Shown here piece after piece: positions 24,182-34,350 of a DNA stretch of 46,835 nt. The stretch lies in assembly GCA_028865335.1 (NCBI GenBank), contig JAGWKK010000001.1, positions 1-46,835 of the forward strand, read 5' to 3'. The position numbers were made by a program, and so were the translations under genes. Each line of letters starts with the position of its first letter. Within the stretch, counting starts at the first letter, position 1. The DNA is from Patescibacteria group bacterium. Lineage in GTDB: Bacteria > Patescibacteriota > Minisyncoccia > UBA6257 > 02-FULL-45-10c. A model generated the notes under the pieces. The model worked only from the letters and a program-made list of their open reading frames with translations, did no database searches and was not told where the DNA came from.

Positions 24182-24463
24182 ATGATGCGCGTACGGGATT
24201 TTCTGAAAAAACGGTGGGTCAAAGCGATTCTCGTCGCTTTCGGCGTTGCAGTACTGGCGGCGCTGCTTTGGAATCGGTATCAGGATGCGACCACGAGTTC
24301 CTTCTACGGCGCCCTAACTGTTGCGCAGAGGGACTGCATCGTGTCAAAGACGAGCCAGCAGTTTCTTGACCGCCTGAAGGTCCGCGGAGAACATTTCACC
24401 GATTCGGATCAGTCGATGATCAGGGCCATGACCGGCTGCATTTCAGGTCAATTCTACCAATAA
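24182..24463 (+). CDS. membrane-anchored hypothetical protein (93 aa)
   Basis: N-terminal TM helix AILVAFGVAVLAALLW. Lies within the pilus operon. Confidence 0.5.
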   Translation: MMRVRDFLKKRWVKAILVAFGVAVLAALLWNRYQDATTSSFYGALTVAQRDCIVSKTSQQFLDRLKVRGEHFTDSDQSMIRAMTGCISGQFYQ

Positions 24464-24464
24464 C

Positions 24465-26216
24465 ATGAAACGAACTCTTCTCAGCATCCTTGTTATCGCG
24501 GGGACGGGCGTCGCGCTATACGCGGCGCAGGCGGCGTATGTTGATGTCGCCGGTGCGTGTAATTATGTTTCCTTCACCGCCGCATCGGGATCGTTAGGCA
24601 TGGATCAGGTCGCCAAAGATGATCCGGGCGCATTCATATATAATTCCGCGGTGGTATACGGCAATCCGCGGATCGGCAGCCTGCTGGATTACGGATATAA
24701 CAATCCAAACTACAATCCGTATTATTACGGACAGGCGTTTCCCGAACCGATCATTCCGAACAATACCTATTCATATACCGTGACCAGCGAAGTCCCGGGC
24801 AGCAGCCGGACCTGTATTCTTTCCTACTGTTTCGGCACTCCCGATGTGGTCACCGAGCAGTACCAGGCGAAGAGCGTCTGTCAGGCGAATGTTTCGGTGA
24901 CGAGTAACGCGGTCAGTACCGCCCCGGTTCCGAGCGTGAACACCAGCAACGATACGAACCTGGTCAGCGTCACCTCGCCGAAGCAGACGAATACGAGCAT
25001 TTCATTGGGTATCGACGTGAGTAAGCTGAATCTGGGACACTACCAGACTTTCAATGATGTGAAGGAAGGGGTGCTGACGGTGACATATCAGGATTGGTGG
25101 GGATGGACGACGGGATGGCAGAGCCAGATCTGGGACTCCTCATTCAGCTGTTCCCTGACGTCGTGCGATACGAGCGCGAGCCAATTGCTGTCGCTTGCTC
25201 CGGCCGGCGATCCGAATCTCGGTTCAAGCGGCGCGTTCTGGCAATACAGCTACAACACGCTTTCCTTTGATGTGTACAAACTCTCTTCTTCAAATCAGGT
25301 GGCGATTCCGACAGACGCGACCTATGACCTTCTGCGCAATGGACAGGAGATTGCGACTAATCTCCCCGCAACGCAGACGTCCTATACTGACAGCGGACTT
25401 GAGCAGGGCGTTTCGTATGCATACACAGTCCGCGCGCCGAGCATCTATGCCCGAAATAATGCCACGAATATTCCTACCGCGGTAACGGGGGCATATCAGC
25501 CGGGCTTCTATCTCTTCCCGCAGGGATCGGCGCCTTCGTTCGCGACCGCTCCGATTCCGCTCGCTCCGTCGCAGTTCAAGAGCGCGATATTCGGCACGAA
25601 CGGAGTGTATGTTCCGAAAGCATCGATCGGCCTGCAGATCAGCATCCCGGATAACGCCGTCGGCGAATATCGGACGCCGGGCGTCTTCTCTCAGCAGGCA
25701 AGCGGAGGCGTGGCGTGCGTCGCCGTCAACCACAATTCGAGTTCCTGTATTTGGAATTGGAATACGCCGACGGTTGCCACGGTTTCGTATGACAAGACCT
25801 ACGACATTCTGCGCCAGGTCGGCAGCAGCACGCCGCAGGAAATCGCAAGCAAGATTTCCATCACCCAGCAATCATATTACGATACAAATCTGACGCCGGG
25901 TACGACCTATACCTATACCATCCGGATGCCGAGCATCCACAGCCGCGATGGCATCAGCGGAGGGACATTCATTCCGCTGGGCTCAAGCACTCCGCAGCCG
26001 CTTCCGGCGCTCGCTTCTCCGACTGACACGACGCTGACGGTCACGACTGTCGGGGTCCAGCCGAAGCCGCAGCCTCAACCGCAGCCGCAGCAACCGCCGC
26101 AGACAGGAACCGGACTCGGACCAGGGAGCGGGAGCGGATCGGGAGGCGCTTCCGGATCCACTTCCACGCAGCCTGGCTTCACGCCGGGTGGCGTGCAGGA
26201 GGTATTGCCTCAATAG
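24465..26216 (+). CDS. large secreted/surface protein with two FN3-like repeats and a PQ/GS-rich tail, possibly pilus-associated
   Basis: 583 aa with a signal/anchor LLSILVIAGTGVALYAAQA. Repeats YDLLRNGQEIATNLPATQTSYTDSGLEQGVSYAYTVRA and YDILRQVG...ITQQSYYDTNLTPGTTYTYTIRM. Tail PKPQPQPQPQQPPQTGTGLGPGSGSGSGG. Confidence 0.6.
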   Translation: MKRTLLSILVIAGTGVALYAAQAAYVDVAGACNYVSFTAASGSLGMDQVAKDDPGAFIYNSAVVYGNPRIGSLLDYGYNNPNYNPYYYGQAFPEPIIPNNTYSYTVTSEVPGSSRTCILSYCFGTPDVVTEQYQAKSVCQANVSVTSNAVSTAPVPSVNTSNDTNLVSVTSPKQTNTSISLGIDVSKLNLGHYQTFNDVKEGVLTVTYQDWWGWTTGWQSQIWDSSFSCSLTSCDTSASQLLSLAPAGDPNLGSSGAFWQYSYNTLSFDVYKLSSSNQVAIPTDATYDLLRNGQEIATNLPATQTSYTDSGLEQGVSYAYTVRAPSIYARNNATNIPTAVTGAYQPGFYLFPQGSAPSFATAPIPLAPSQFKSAIFGTNGVYVPKASIGLQISIPDNAVGEYRTPGVFSQQASGGVACVAVNHNSSSCIWNWNTPTVATVSYDKTYDILRQVGSSTPQEIASKISITQQSYYDTNLTPGTTYTYTIRMPSIHSRDGISGGTFIPLGSSTPQPLPALASPTDTTLTVTTVGVQPKPQPQPQPQQPPQTGTGLGPGSGSGSGGASGSTSTQPGFTPGGVQEVLPQ

Positions 26217-26223
26217 AAATGAG

Positions 26224-26252
26224 AAGAACCGGGCTCGTGCCCGGTTCTTTTG
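26224..26252 (+). terminator. rho-independent terminator
   Basis: aagaaccgggc-tcgt-gcccggttctt followed by tt. Confidence 0.7.
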
Positions 26253-26279
26253 TTGAGGCATTTCATCTATAATGAAGGT

Positions 26280-28739
<2,460 letters not shown>

Positions 28740-28773
28740 ACCCCTAGCATCTAAGACGTTCACAGGAGGGGAT

Positions 28774-29220
28774 ATGAAGAAGCTCGCACTGGCGTTCGCC
28801 GCGTTCATCGCGTGCGCGTTGCCGGCTCAGGCGCTGCATCTCGACGAAGCGGTCAAGCTGCTGCCGATGACGAACGAGCAGGTGGTCACGCAGATCGACG
28901 ACGATCAGTTCGCCGCGGCCGTGGTCGCGAAGATCAGGGCGGGGCAGAGCGTCTCGCAGGATGATCGCGCCCGCGCGGTCGGGTACTGCGCCGGGGAGTA
29001 CGCCCTGCTCCGGACGAACCGGATGCGCCGGAAGGAGGTTCGCAAGCTCATGAAGCCGATCAACCGTCAGATCCTCTACCTGATCGGCGAGCACTACGTT
29101 CACTTCGACGAGTTCACGGGGCGGCTCCTCTCGATGAGGATCGCCAACCGGCTCAGCTCCTACCTGGACTTCAAGGCGGAGCGCTACCGCGCTTTCCTGG
29201 CGGTCCTGGGGAGCGGTTGA
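28774..29220 (+). CDS. secreted hypothetical protein (148 aa), orphan cassette C5
   Basis: SD caggagggg. Signal peptide MKKLALAFAAFIACALPAQA. Own promoter and terminator. Confidence 0.55.
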   Translation: MKKLALAFAAFIACALPAQALHLDEAVKLLPMTNEQVVTQIDDDQFAAAVVAKIRAGQSVSQDDRARAVGYCAGEYALLRTNRMRRKEVRKLMKPINRQILYLIGEHYVHFDEFTGRLLSMRIANRLSSYLDFKAERYRAFLAVLGSG

Positions 29221-29229
29221 TCCGCATGG

Positions 29230-29265
29230 CGCCTACGCAGACAGCATCGCGTAGGCGTCTTTTTA
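29230..29265 (+). terminator. rho-independent terminator
   Basis: cgcctacgc-(10-nt loop)-gcgtaggcg followed by tcttttt. Confidence 0.7.
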
Positions 29266-29360
29266 TTTCTTCTCCATAAGGAGAAGAAATTATCCTCCAT
29301 AGCTCAGCCGATAGGGACTGAGCGACGGCGGATTTCATTGCGTTATAATCCCCTTATAGT

Positions 29361-29389
29361 TTGACACCGAAATGGATATATGATATATT
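29361..29389 (+). promoter_or_regulatory. consensus sigma70-type promoter of 29495..30058
   Basis: TTGACA (29361-66), 17-nt spacer, TATATT (29384-89). Confidence 0.65.
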
Positions 29390-29395
29390 ACCTCC

Positions 29396-29494
29396 AACCA
29401 TCGAGGGTCACGAGATCCCGATGTTTGTACCTTGAGTACCCTTACTCGCGGATAGCGGGGAAGGATGTTCGGCGACTAGCCGAAGGGGTGTGTC
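29396..29494 (+). promoter_or_regulatory. structured 5' leader, second copy of the motif at 10713-10831
   Basis: Stem 1 is catcg (29399-403) with cgatg (29419-23). Stem 2 is ctcgc (29445-49) with gcggg (29455-59). Stem 3 is ttcggc (29468-73) with gccgaa (29479-84) and overlaps the SD gaagggg. Confidence 0.55.
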
Positions 29495-30058
29495 ATGGGT
29501 CAGGTCAATGCGTTGAAGGACTTCAAGCGCGGGCAGTTGGATGCCGCGCTGATGAAGATCGGTCAGGAGGCGGGGCTAGGAACCGCTGAAGGAATCAAGG
29601 CTCTTCTCCGCGGTGAGCTCGTCGTGAGGACGCTGGCGAGGTCTTTCAAGCATGACAAGACCTTGGTCGGCTGGAGTCTTCTTATCCCTGGTCCGAAGGT
29701 CGAAGAAGATTTCAGACCCGGCATTGTGGAGTTCCTCGATGGCGAAAATTCCATTTGCGACGAGGAGCTGAGGAAGCGGGCTCGGAATTTGGGAGCGAAT
29801 CTGGGCCAGGCCCACGCCGAGTATCTTCTGGAACGCCAGAACCGGATTCCGTGGGAGTACCGGGGGGATGACCTGGTTTTTCCGGCAACGGTTTGGAATC
29901 CGTCGGGCGGCGACCGTTACACCTCTGATTGCTACAGCCCGATCCTCGTTTGGAACGGTAGTTTTTGGGATTTGGGCTTTAATCGACTCGGGAACGGCTG
30001 GAATCATCACGCCCGCCTGGTCAAGGCTATGCAGCCTTTTCGTCGGAAGGCGAAATAA
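29495..30058 (+). CDS. hypothetical protein (187 aa), orphan cassette C6
   Basis: Its N-terminal segment is similar to 10832..11419, and it shares that gene's leader and terminator style. The C-terminal domain differs (W/G-rich ...VWNPSGGDRY...VWNGSFWDLGFNRLGNGWNHHARLV). Confidence 0.6.
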   Translation: MGQVNALKDFKRGQLDAALMKIGQEAGLGTAEGIKALLRGELVVRTLARSFKHDKTLVGWSLLIPGPKVEEDFRPGIVEFLDGENSICDEELRKRARNLGANLGQAHAEYLLERQNRIPWEYRGDDLVFPATVWNPSGGDRYTSDCYSPILVWNGSFWDLGFNRLGNGWNHHARLVKAMQPFRRKAK

Positions 30059-30065
30059 TCAACTC

Positions 30066-30119
30066 CCGGATCCCCTCAAGGAAGAGAAATCTTTCTTGGA
30101 GGGATCCGGCCCCTTTTTA
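30066..30119 (+). terminator. long-stem rho-independent terminator
   Basis: ccggatcccctcaaggaag-agaaat-cttccttggagggatccgg-type hairpin with 19 paired positions (1 mismatch, some G-U), then cccctttttat. Confidence 0.7.
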
Positions 30120-30190
30120 TTTCATGAGTAAATATTGGAATTATTCGTAAAGATTGAAAGACTCCTTTTCGTATTTGGTATACTCATTAT

Positions 30191-30715
30191 ATGGATGGAA
30201 GAATCATTATAAATATTTCCGGCAAATCAACATCTGGCAAAACGACTTTAATGAGAGAATTGGCGTCAAGGAATATTGGCTGGTATTCACTTTTTCGGGA
30301 TAGGGTGAAAAAACAGTTTTCAGGATACAGCAGGGAACGTGATCGAGAAGTTATAGAGAAGGTGGTATTCGGGTTTTATTGCGTGCTTTGCGAAAAAGGA
30401 CTTCCTATCCTACTTGATGCGTCTATTGATACGAGAGATGCCTATTCAGAGTATTTAAAAGTTGCAGAAAAGAATCATTATAAATTTTTATCGATCAATC
30501 TTGATATTCCTCAAGGCGTGGCGCTTAAAAGGTTTCGCGAAAGAGTGAGGAGGGCAAAGGATCAAGGTGATAAGATTTCAGTAACGGACGAAGACACTTT
30601 TTTAAGGAATCAAAATAAAGAGCACTTCTATCCCTCTGACGCGCTTAGCTTTGACACATCCAGGTTAACTGTAGAAGAAATTGCCAGTGATATTATGGAT
30701 AAGATTGTTTTATAG
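30191..30715 (+). CDS. P-loop NTPase/kinase (AAA_33 / zeta-toxin-like fold), 174 aa
   Basis: Walker A GKSTSGKTT and Walker B-like ILLDAS. Conspicuously AT-rich compared with its neighbours, by eye. TATACT at 30179-84 lies 6 nt before the ATG. Confidence 0.6.
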   Translation: MDGRIIINISGKSTSGKTTLMRELASRNIGWYSLFRDRVKKQFSGYSRERDREVIEKVVFGFYCVLCEKGLPILLDASIDTRDAYSEYLKVAEKNHYKFLSINLDIPQGVALKRFRERVRRAKDQGDKISVTDEDTFLRNQNKEHFYPSDALSFDTSRLTVEEIASDIMDKIVL

Positions 30716-30770
30716 ACAAGCGGTTATTTTGCCCCTTTTTTTATATTCAGATTCGCTTTATAATTTGCAT

Positions 30771-31052
30771 ATGCTTTCAAAGAAAGAACTTGAACACCTC
30801 GCGGAACTTGCGCGCATTGAACTGAAGGAAGGGGAAGAGGAAAAGCTTGAGAAAGACCTCGGGGCCATTTTGGATTACTTCAAGGAACTGCAGGCGGTGG
30901 ATACGGAGAAGGTTGCGCCCATGACCGGCGGTACGCAGCTGATGAACGCGCTGCGTGAAGATGTGACGGGATCGACCGATGATACCGGCAAAGGCGCCGC
31001 GGGTTTTCCGGACAAACAGGACGGCTACCTGAAAGTACCTCCTGTCTTCTAA
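30771..31052 (+). CDS. gatC: Asp/Glu-tRNA amidotransferase subunit C
   Basis: 93 aa from ATG 30771: MLSKKELEHLAELARIELKEGEEEKLEKDLGAILDYFKELQAVDT. TATAAT at 30759-64 lies 6 nt before the ATG. ORF 30681 would overlap the previous gene. Confidence 0.85.
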   Translation: MLSKKELEHLAELARIELKEGEEEKLEKDLGAILDYFKELQAVDTEKVAPMTGGTQLMNALREDVTGSTDDTGKGAAGFPDKQDGYLKVPPVF

Positions 31053-31053
31053 T

Positions 31054-31090
31054 TTCCAATTCCTAATTCCTAATTCCTAATTCCTAATTC
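31054..31090. repeat. heptamer tandem array (tcctaat x4 perfect, with degenerate flanking units)
   Basis: ttccaat tcctaat tcctaat tcctaat tcctaat tcacac fills the whole gatC-gatA spacer and gives TAA in all three frames. Confidence 0.9.
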
Positions 31091-31096
31091 ACACCC

Positions 31097-32560
31097 ATGT
31101 CATCTCCATTACACTTTCTCACGCTGAAGCGTTTCCACGAAGGACTTCTGAACAAGGAATTCTCCGCGCTCGAAATGGCGCAGGAGCATTTCACATACAT
31201 CGAATCCCGGGATCCGGAGATCGGGGCGTATCTGGCACTCCATCGCGATGAGGCGATGCGGCAGGCGGAGGCGGCCGATCTTGCGGTTGCGCAGGATAAG
31301 GAGATGAGCGCATTGGCCGGAGCTCCGCTCGCGATCAAGGACAACATCCTGATCGAGGGGACGCGGACGACATCAGCCGCGCAGATTCTCAAGGACTATA
31401 TCGCGAACTATGACGCATCGGTGATCACGAAGCTGAAAAAAGCAGGCGCGGTGTTTCTGGGGAAGACGAACATGGACGAATTCGCGATGGGTTCTTCCAC
31501 CGAGAATTCTTCGTTCCAGAAAACGAAAAACCCGCATAGCACTGCGCATGTCCCCGGAGGTTCCTCCGGCGGTTCAGCTGCGGCGGTCGCGGCGCATATG
31601 GCGGTCGCGTCATTGGGGTCCGATACCGGCGGTTCCATCCGCCAGCCGGCGGCATTCTGCGGCGTCGTGGGCTTGAAGCCGACGTACGGTTCGGTATCGC
31701 GTTCAGGCCTGATGGCGATGGCGTCCAGTTTGGATCAGATCGGTCCGTTCGCGAAAACCGTCGAGGATGCGGCGATTCTGTACAATGAAATCAAAGGATA
31801 CGATCCCTTGGACGCGACCAGCGATCCGCGGGCGGATGCTGATGTATCAAAAGCATTGCTCAATCCGACATTGGGCCAGATCAAGAAATTACGCGTCGGC
31901 ATTCCGGAGGAATATTTCATCGACGGCCTTGATCCGCGCGTCCGGACGAAAGTGGAAGAGGCGATCGGGGTTCTGAAGAGTCTCGGCGTCGAGGTGAAAC
32001 CGGTAAGCCTGCCGCACACCAAGTACGCGCTCTCCTGCTATTACATCGTCATGCCGGCGGAAGTCAGCTCGAACCTGGAACGGTTCGACGGAATCCGATA
32101 TGGGACGCGTCATCCCGCGGACACTTTGCTGGAACTCTATAAGAAAGACCGCGAATCAGGATTCGGTCCTGAAACGAAACGCCGCATCCTGCTCGGCACC
32201 TTCGTGCTCTCGTCCGGCTACTATGATGCGTATTACGCGAAGGCGCAGAAGGTGCGTCGGCTGATCGCGCAGGATTTCGATGAAGCGTTCAAACAGGTTG
32301 ATGTATTGGTGACGCCGGTGACTCCGACGCCCGCATTCAGGATCGGGGAGAAGATGAGCGATCCGCTTTCCATGTATCTTTCGGATATCTTCACGATTCC
32401 GGTGAATCTTGCCGGTCTGCCGGCGGTGTCCATTCCGGCGAAAGGATTCGTGGACGCGGACGGCGCGTCATTGCCGGTCGGATTCCAACTGATCGGCCGG
32501 AGGTGGGGCGAGGCGGATATTCTGGGACTCGGACAATATTACGAAAAGGCGGTACAATAG
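31097..32560 (+). CDS. gatA: Asp/Glu-tRNA amidotransferase subunit A
   Basis: 487 aa. Amidase signature GGSSGGSAAAVAA...GSDTGGSIRQPA. Confidence 0.95.
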   Translation: MSSPLHFLTLKRFHEGLLNKEFSALEMAQEHFTYIESRDPEIGAYLALHRDEAMRQAEAADLAVAQDKEMSALAGAPLAIKDNILIEGTRTTSAAQILKDYIANYDASVITKLKKAGAVFLGKTNMDEFAMGSSTENSSFQKTKNPHSTAHVPGGSSGGSAAAVAAHMAVASLGSDTGGSIRQPAAFCGVVGLKPTYGSVSRSGLMAMASSLDQIGPFAKTVEDAAILYNEIKGYDPLDATSDPRADADVSKALLNPTLGQIKKLRVGIPEEYFIDGLDPRVRTKVEEAIGVLKSLGVEVKPVSLPHTKYALSCYYIVMPAEVSSNLERFDGIRYGTRHPADTLLELYKKDRESGFGPETKRRILLGTFVLSSGYYDAYYAKAQKVRRLIAQDFDEAFKQVDVLVTPVTPTPAFRIGEKMSDPLSMYLSDIFTIPVNLAGLPAVSIPAKGFVDADGASLPVGFQLIGRRWGEADILGLGQYYEKAVQ

Positions 32561-32607
32561 GAGTAAAGATATCTTTTGTTTTTATATTTTTACTTTTTAA
32601 TTCTTTC

Positions 32608-33258
32608 ATGGCCGACAAGAAGCCCGCAAAGGGAGGCGGAGGGACGAACAACAGCGCTTTGGAGCTGCTGGTCTTCGGCGCGCTCGCGCTGGTGGTTCTG
32701 ACCTGGCTCAGCAGCTATCTCAAGCTGTTTTTCGACCCGATCGGATTTCTGTTGGGCATCCGGAATTATTTCGCGCCGTGGTTTCTGCATAACATCTGGT
32801 GGGTTGAGGTGGTCTCAGCCCTGATTTCCGCGATTCTCCTGTACAGCACGATTTCCATGATGCGCCGGACGCATTATTCGACGCTGAAGCGGGAGCAGGT
32901 GATGGAGTATCTCGCGAAAGAGAAAGTGCCGCATCATCGGTCGCTCAAGCTGTGGAATCAGATCCGGCGCCGGCTTGATTCTGAAAATCAGAACGATCTC
33001 CGCCTTGCGATCCTGGAGTGCGATCATTTATTGAACGAAATTCTGAAAATGTCCGGTTATCTGGGGCGCATGGACGAAAAGCTCAAGCTTCTCGATCCTT
33101 CCCAGCTTTCCAACATCGAAGACGTGAAGCGCGCCCACGCCTTGCGGGATAAGATCGCGCAGGATCCGACGTACGCGATCACGCAGGAAGAGGCCCGTGC
33201 GGCGGCGGATATTTACGGACAGGCATTCAAGGAATTCAACCTGATCCGCGAGGATTAG
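32608..33258 (+). CDS. membrane hypothetical protein (216 aa)
   Basis: Trimmed from ORF 32503, which overlaps gatA. Two to three TM helices followed by a helical soluble domain. Confidence 0.5.
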   Translation: MADKKPAKGGGGTNNSALELLVFGALALVVLTWLSSYLKLFFDPIGFLLGIRNYFAPWFLHNIWWVEVVSALISAILLYSTISMMRRTHYSTLKREQVMEYLAKEKVPHHRSLKLWNQIRRRLDSENQNDLRLAILECDHLLNEILKMSGYLGRMDEKLKLLDPSQLSNIEDVKRAHALRDKIAQDPTYAITQEEARAAADIYGQAFKEFNLIRED

Positions 33259-33321
33259 ACCGCCGAGCGATTGCGGAAAAAAGAGGTTTCTGATAAATTG
33301 ATACTAGTCATTTTTGACGAT

Positions 33322-33396
33322 GCGGTAGTAGCTTAGCTGGCCTAAAGCGCCTCCCTGTCACGGAGGAGACCGTGGGTTCAAATCCCATCTACCGCG
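33322..33396 (+). tRNA. tRNA-Asp (anticodon GTC)
   Basis: Acceptor gcggtag/ctaccgc, anticodon stem cctcc/ggagg with loop ctGTCac, T arm gtggg-ttcaaat-cccat, discriminator G. Confidence 0.9.
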
Positions 33397-33397
33397 C

Positions 33398-33434
33398 AAA
33401 TTTAAAACACCTCTTTGGGGGTGTTTTAAATTTT
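33398..33434 (+). terminator. rho-independent terminator (14-bp AT-rich stem)
   Basis: aaatttaaaacacc-tctttgg-ggtgttttaaattt. Confidence 0.6.
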
Positions 33435-33435
33435 A

Positions 33436-33572
33436 TGTCCGCGATGGGATTTGAACAGAAGGGGAAGGGGTCGGGAAACGGGAGTTTCCCGTGTCGGAAG
33501 GATTGGGAAAACCGAGCCTGCCTACCGACAGGCAGGGGTTTCCCAGTGTTCTTACTCCCATCTACCGCGCAC
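33436..33572 (+). repeat. structured module bounded by inverted and direct copies of the tRNA-Asp 3' end
   Basis: 33441-33456 gcgatgggatttgaac contains the reverse complement of 14 nt of the T arm. 33556-33571 tcccatctaccgcgca repeats tRNA positions 33383-33398 exactly (16 nt). The interior has gggaaac-ggga-gtttccc and gggaaaacc...ggtttccc hairpins homologous to 5611-5761. The second hairpin's loop carries a palindromic unit. Confidence 0.7.
33517..33536. repeat. palindromic unit variant cctgcctaccgacaggcagg (18/20 match to the perfect unit)
   Basis: Located in the loop between gggaaaaccgag and ggtttccc. Confidence 0.7.
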
Positions 33573-33642
33573 TACTTCGCCTATGCAAACTGCCGCATCT
33601 GGGCTGATTTGAATTTCTTCCTCTTTAGGTTTATAGTGAACA

Positions 33643-33717
33643 CGCGGGGAAGAGTACCGGTTGCTCGCAAGGCTCATAACCTTGAGGTAGTGGGTTCGAC
33701 TCCCACCCCCGCAACCA
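33643..33717 (+). tRNA. initiator tRNA-fMet (anticodon CAT), CCA encoded
   Basis: Starts CGCGGGG and ends CCCCGCAACCA, giving the C1-A72 mismatch typical of bacterial initiators. Anticodon loop ctCATaa, T arm gtggg-ttcgact-cccac. TTGAAT-17-TATAGT lies upstream (33610-33638). Confidence 0.85.
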
Positions 33718-33723
33718 CTATTC

Positions 33724-33847
33724 GCATTCTTCTGTCGGGCACCGGGTCCGCCTCTCCTGCGGTCTGCGGACTCTACGCTCTGCTTCAAAATTCCGATACT
33801 CGGAACCGTGCATTTTGAAGCTCCGCAGTTGCCCGGCAAAAGAATGC
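33724..33847 (+). ncRNA. candidate structured RNA: about 124-nt multi-tier hairpin directly after tRNA-fMet
   Basis: The outer stem 33724-33741 pairs with 33830-33847 (18 positions, 1 mismatch, 1 G-U). The middle stem is ctgcgg (33757-62) with ccgcag (33823-28). The inner stem is gcttcaaaat (33782-91) with attttgaagc (33812-21). The tip is tccga-tac-tcgga. Both bulges lie on the 5' side. The class is unknown. Confidence 0.4.
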
Positions 33848-33919
33848 TCATATAAAAGAGGATGCCGCCGGGCTTTTTGCTTTTTCGGATTCTTTTGTAT
33901 ACTATAGTCAGAAGGTTTC

Positions 33920-33991
33920 GCCTCTGTAGTTCAACGGTTAGAACGGAGCATTCATAACGCTCAGAAGATGGTTCGACTCCATCCAGAGGCA
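33920..33991 (+). tRNA. tRNA with CAT anticodon (elongator Met or lysidine-modified Ile2)
   Basis: Acceptor gcctctg/cagaggc, D stem gttc/gaac, anticodon loop ttCATaa, T arm gatgg-ttcgact-ccatc, discriminator A. Met and Ile2 identity cannot be separated by eye. Confidence 0.8.
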
Positions 33992-34031
33992 CAACAAATA
34001 AAAATCCCCAATCGGGGATCTGGTTGGGGAT

Positions 34032-34193
34032 TTACTGCTCGTAGAGCGAGACGACAAGTATGATGGCGCCTGATTGATTTATAGTGCACCAGATCACATC
34101 CTTGAGGTCGTAGACGCCCAAGAGCATCGCGACAAGGCTGCATATCATGAGAAGAATCCATACCGATAACCCGATCTTTTCAAGACGCGTCAT
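34032..34193 (-). CDS. small two-TM membrane protein (53 aa), not in the ORF track
   Basis: My translation is MTRLEKIGLSVWILLMICSLVAMLLGVYDLKDVIWCTINQSGAIILVVSLYEQ. SD ggaggg lies 4 nt upstream of the ATG (rc of 34191-34193). It is followed on its strand by the hairpin aaatccccaa...ttggggattt plus a T run. Confidence 0.5.
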   Translation of the reverse strand: MTRLEKIGLSVWILLMICSLVAMLLGVYDLKDVIWCTINQSGAIILVVSLYEQ

Positions 34194-34350
34194 TCGCCCT
34201 CCGGGCTTTTCTCAGATTGATGTTCTGACACAACTATATAGCATATATCTTCATAAGTCGATATATCGAGATCAACTTTCCATGCTTGCTTGCGCCAATG
34301 GATCCAAATTGAATCTTCCCTCGGGATTTCGTATACTCAATACATCGGTC

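Noticed and set aside
29300-29325. tRNA gene at atagctcagccgatagggactgagcg
   Set aside because: Only a D-arm-like hairpin is present. No anticodon arm, T arm or acceptor pairing can be drawn. It is treated as a fragment.
31054-31090. Heptamer arrays as a CRISPR array or minisatellite-encoded peptide
   Set aside because: The units are 7 nt with no spacers, and the arrays are only about 28-37 nt long. The gatC-gatA array carries stops in all frames.
33724-33847. Long hairpin as SRP (4.5S) RNA or 6S RNA
   Set aside because: The apical region lacks the conserved SRP domain IV motifs (GGAA tetraloop with the AGCA-type symmetric loop). The bulges are one-sided rather than forming a 6S-like central bubble. 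It is kept only as an unclassified candidate.
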